Source: the human T2T-CHM13v2.0 reference genome, Homo sapiens. From it: a DNA stretch of 64,000 bases. The notes beneath the pieces are model-generated. The model was not told the DNA's origin and searched no databases. It saw only the letters and a list, made by a program, of their open reading frames with translations. The DNA is taken from assembly GCF_009914755.1 (NCBI RefSeq), contig NC_060926.1. The stretch is one strand, 5' to 3'. A program made the position numbers and the translations under genes. Below are positions 63,410-64,000 of this stretch, piece after piece (position 1 is the stretch's first letter; each line of letters begins with the position of its first letter).

Positions 63410-64000
63410 GAAAGTGAAAGATAAACCAGTGGGTGGTAATGTAACAGAGTATGAAAGGTCCATTGATAGATTTCAGATTCCACATGGTTGAGTTTTAGTG
63501 TAGTATCAAAGAAGAATATCTACAATTGTCTGAAAAGGCTATTAAAATATTTCTCCCCTTACTAACTCCCCTTCTCTGTGAGTAGCTGTATTTTCTTTAT
63601 ATACTTCAACCAAAATAATATATTACAGATTAAAAGCAGGAGCAGATACCAGAATCCAGCTATTTTCTGGTAAGCCAGATATTAATGAGATCTTCAAAAA
63701 CATAAAGCCATGCCACTCTTCTCATAATTACTTTTGTTCTGGAAAAGTTATACAGTTATTTGCCATAAAATGTCATTTATATTAACAATACTGTTTAATT
63801 AAAAGTTTTAAATTTTTTCCATTTTAATTTCTAATATGGCAAGTTATAAATAGCTGTAACTCACCAAACCAAAAGCTCTCTGAGGTCCTGAATAAAATTT
63901 TGGAGTGTAAAGGGATCCTGAGACCAAAAAAGTTTAAGAACTGTTACTGTCCATAAATCTCTGTGTGTTTAAGTCTTTTTCTAAAGGATAGTGTTCTAGA

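Larger units (their letters stand above)
61520..63945 (+). mobile_element. Charlie1-family hAT DNA transposon fragment (3' part), split by the SVA
   Basis: Flanks join as ...CAACATTTGGAAGATCTGC...GAAAGTGAAAGA|TAAACCAG...AGAATCCAGCT...GGGATCCTGAGACCAAAAAAGTTT, resembling the Charlie1 3' end. Confidence 0.75.

Overview
Hominid (most likely human) genomic DNA. It contains the 3' part of SPRED2 on the minus strand: four coding exons (58436-58268, 55714-55650, 40553-40404, 37839-37171) with canonical GT-AG junctions. They splice in frame and encode the C-terminal EVH1 domain, linker, KBD and Sprouty (SPR) cysteine-rich domain. A ~2.6 kb 3'UTR follows and probably ends near 34520. Bases 1-34500 appear intergenic and are dense in Alu, MIR, L1/L2, MaLR LTR and hAT/Tigger DNA-transposon fossils. 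A full-length SVA with a 12-bp TSD (61803-63409) lies antisense in the intron upstream of exon 3 and splits an old Charlie1 element. I see no new multi-gene system, and nearly all other ORFs in the track are repeat-derived or chance. Best leads: an A-to-G excess and a 20-nt SINE-R deletion in the SVA, a possible EVH1-only intronic-polyadenylation isoform, inverted Alus around in-frame exon 5, three Pumilio elements in the 3'UTR, an AP-1-bearing tandem triplication and several small rearrangement scars. Repeat families were called by eye from remembered consensus sequences, so repeat boundaries are approximate and subfamilies tentative.
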